A stretch of 64,000 nucleotides of DNA, taken from positions 512,001 through 576,000 of the forward strand of contig CBDAOI010000004.1 of the NCBI GenBank assembly GCA_965198005.1, written 5' to 3'. Position 1 is the first letter of the stretch. The number at the start of each line of letters is the position of its first letter. The stretch is from Spirochaetia bacterium (GTDB lineage: Bacteria; Spirochaetota; Spirochaetia; SZUA-6; Bin103). Below are positions 61,487 through 64,000 of this stretch, piece after piece. A program made the translations under genes and the position numbers. Below the pieces are notes generated by a model. It saw only the letters and a program-made list of their open reading frames with translations, was not told where the DNA came from and searched no databases.

Positions 61487-64000
61487 TCAGGCGCCGTCAT
61501 CCTGCCACAACCTGAACTGTTCGGGCTCATCGATCCGGTCGCGATACGCGAGGCGGTAGAGGTTGTAGAGCGCCTCCAAGTCGTTGCCGGCGGCCTCGGC
61601 ATCGCCGGGAAGGACGATCCCGGTGAAGGTCTGCGATATGGGGAGCACTTCCAGAACGGCCTCGAGCGCCGCGAAGAAACGCGGATCATGCTCCACGAGC
61701 GCCTCGCCGAGCATCTCTTGAGCGGCGGCAAGAGACTGCATGCGCGCCCGGTTGGCCGCATGGTGAATGGCGTCGATCATGCCCCGCGAACCATCGACCG
61801 GCCCCAGCGCCCCGGTGGCGGCGCGGTGCGCGCTGTCCCAGAGACGCAGGTCGCTGCCCTTCTTTTGCGCAAGACGCCCGACGATGTCGCGGTCCAAGTC
61901 GACACCGACCGCGCGCGCCAGTCTCAGCGCTTCGTCATAGGGGAAGACCGGCGCACCGAAAGCGTCCCACGCCAGCGCGAAGAACGCCGTGGCGGGATCG
62001 AGGTCCGCGTCGGCCTTGAGATGCGTCAACTGCTCCAGACGCCACCGTTTTACCTCACGCCGAGCCACGTCGAGGGCATCCTCCGGCGTCGCCGCGTAGG
62101 GATCCCACTCTTCCTCGTACGGCGTCAGTTGCGCCCGGCGGCGTTGCTTGGGTTTCTCGCGCGGTGTGCCGCGCCGCAATGGCCAGTGGCGGGAGAACTC
62201 CTCCAGCGCCGGCCCGAACGAAGCGAGGTAGAGATCGACGCGGGCAATTCCGGCGGCCTGGAACTCCTCGACCCGCTCCCGCACCGCGCGGGCGACCCGC
62301 GGCTCGACATCCTCCCAATAGCGGTCCTGTTCGGTCCTCGCGTCGTCGGTGCGCGGGCGGCACACCAGAAAGATGGTGCTGTTGGCGGCCGCCTTGTCCT
62401 TGATGTGCAGACTGCCCTCGGCCTCGGTGTTGATCGGCCAGGACGCGGTGATGACGAAGCCCGCTTCCATCAGGCCCTTGGTCAGCGCATCCCAGGCGCC
62501 GGTCGCCTTGTGGGTGAACATCAGCGTCATCACCCCGTCGGCTTTCAGCGTCCGGCGGCACTCGGCGAAGATGGACGCCATGCGCTCCTGGTAGTCCCGC
62601 CCCGCCAGCGCTCGCGCCCCCTTCTGCCCCCGGAACCGCGCCGGATTGGCCACGGCTTCGTTGTCCTTGTCGGTGAGGTGGCGGCGGAACAGCTCGGGAA
62701 AGACGTGCCCGGCGGTACGCTTGAGCCAGACGTAAAAGAAGTCCGACAGCTCGGCGTACATGACGTTGTCGTAATACGGCGGATCCATGACCACCACGTC
62801 GATGCTGCCGTCCGCGATATGGTCGAGGCTGTCGCCCGGCTTGCAGGTGATCGTGACGGGCGGCGGTGAACCCGTTTCCACGCCGGCGCCGGCGAACAGG
62901 GTGCCTGCATTGCCGTCCATCCCCGGGCGCACCAGCGCGACGAGTTCGTCAACGCACTTGATAGTCTTGTCGATGGCCCAGTCGTAGCCCACGCCCGATA
63001 CCAAAGGTGCCATCTCCGCGTAAGACCATACGAATGCGAAATCATGCCGGTCGAAGATGGACCGGACTCGACCGGTTGTATTGTCCCAGCGTCCAGCACG
63101 ATTGTTGTAGTTCAGCAAGGTATCGAGCGTGAGGGCCAGATACCCGTAAGCCGCCTCTCGAACGTGCCTCAGCTTCCCGGCTGACCGGTCGGCGTCCAGC
63201 AGTTCACGAAACACCTCGACACTCGTGCCGTGGCAGAGGAGTTGGCGAGGCGAGAACAGATCACGCCAGAACGGCATCCCGTATTGTATGGGGCGGTTGT
63301 CATTGCTCACTTCGGGGAACCGCTCGGTCGGCACGATGTCGAAGGCTTCCCACTCCGGCAGCTTCTCTGCAAGCCGCGCCTGGATCTCGGCGCCGTTGTC
63401 GTCCTCAGGCCGCGGCGCCCGATAGCGCCGCACCCACTTCTCGCGCGTGCGGCCGGTCTTGGTAGTGGTCAGCATGCGTTCCTTGTAGACCACCGTGAAG
63501 AGCTGCTCCCCCATGCGTCCGGCCTGCGCCTGCGCCTTGATCTCGTCGCCGTCGATCACCCGCCCGCAATCGGAATAGGGACAGGTCCCGTCACCACGCG
63601 CCACCGTACCCTCCGACTGCTCTCTCATCGTTTTGACGATCTCGAACGCGCAGACCCGACCTTCCGCCCCCGGACCCGACCCGAGATGAGGCTTGAGCCG
63701 TACCCCGGTCCCATCCGCCGCCAGCCGCCAGTTCGGCGACAGCGGCACCAGCCCGCCACAATACGGGCAGTTGACCGTGCGCGCCCAAAGATACGTCAGG
63801 TCGACCCCACTCGGCAGATCCCGCTGAACGAAGAAGGTGCATAGTCTGTCTTCGATTCGTCGGCGCAGTTCCGCCGCCAAGTCATTGAACTCGTCCTTGA
63901 CACTCCGGGGAAAGCTCCATGGCCACTCAATCGTAGCCCTCATTATTAGAGCCGCCACAGGGTTGAGATCGCTCGCCAAGCTAATAAACCCGAGCCGCGC
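61487..64000 (-). CDS. DUF1156 adenine DNA methyltransferase with Zn ribbon (5' end beyond the window)
   Basis: ASDLNPVA, YLWARTVNCPYC...CPYSDC, DLFSPRQL, DPPYYDNVMYAELSDFFYVW. Frame is open to the window edge. Confidence 0.92.
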   Translation of the reverse strand, partial: ARLGFISLASDLNPVAALIMRATIEWPWSFPRSVKDEFNDLAAELRRRIEDRLCTFFVQRDLPSGVDLTYLWARTVNCPYCGGLVPLSPNWRLAADGTGVRLKPHLGSGPGAEGRVCAFEIVKTMREQSEGTVARGDGTCPYSDCGRVIDGDEIKAQAQAGRMGEQLFTVVYKERMLTTTKTGRTREKWVRRYRAPRPEDDNGAEIQARLAEKLPEWEAFDIVPTERFPEVSNDNRPIQYGMPFWRDLFSPRQLLCHGTSVEVFRELLDADRSAGKLRHVREAAYGYLALTLDTLLNYNNRAGRWDNTTGRVRSIFDRHDFAFVWSYAEMAPLVSGVGYDWAIDKTIKCVDELVALVRPGMDGNAGTLFAGAGVETGSPPPVTITCKPGDSLDHIADGSIDVVVMDPPYYDNVMYAELSDFFYVWLKRTAGHVFPELFRRHLTDKDNEAVANPARFRGQKGARALAGRDYQERMASIFAECRRTLKADGVMTLMFTHKATGAWDALTKGLMEAGFVITASWPINTEAEGSLHIKDKAAANSTIFLVCRPRTDDARTEQDRYWEDVEPRVARAVRERVEEFQAAGIARVDLYLASFGPALEEFSRHWPLRRGTPREKPKQRRRAQLTPYEEEWDPYAATPEDALDVARREVKRWRLEQLTHLKADADLDPATAFFALAWDAFGAPVFPYDEALRLARAVGVDLDRDIVGRLAQKKGSDLRLWDSAHRAATGALGPVDGSRGMIDAIHHAANRARMQSLAAAQEMLGEALVEHDPRFFAALEAVLEVLPISQTFTGIVLPGDAEAAGNDLEALYNLYRLAYRDRIDEPEQFRLWQDDGA

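Overview
Bacterial DNA made of two kinds of region. The first is intact, very GC-rich blocks on the minus strand: a MoxR-DUF58-transglutaminase-beta-propeller-BshB1-like cluster, a menaquinone operon (menG-F-D-H-B-A-E, no menC), a TPP-riboswitch-controlled thiBPQ transporter, an Lhr helicase with a frameshift in Walker A, and a purE-purK-aminotransferase-DUF318-TIGR03943-TolB-like run. The second is two heavily decayed mosaic regions. About 1-10.4 kb interleaves pieces of at least eight toxin-antitoxin modules with several partial copies of a peptide/nickel ABC operon and with IS110, RIT-like and HNH remnants. About 36.5-51.1 kb is a decayed defence/mobile island (TIR, AlpA plus integrase, McrBC, HicBA, an MmeI-like gene, paired tyrosine recombinases). 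The window ends in an apparently intact DUF1156 methylase plus PLD-SNF2 helicase module (restriction-like defence type) that runs off the edge. No rRNA, tRNA or CRISPR array was seen. All family calls come from motif recognition by eye, not from database searches. No clearly new system is demonstrated. The best leads are the non-canonical recombinase pair, a coupled Cys-rich micro-ORF ahead of a metal-permease cluster, the thi-to-men junction with a GATC cluster, and the pervasive blunt gene-fragment fusions.
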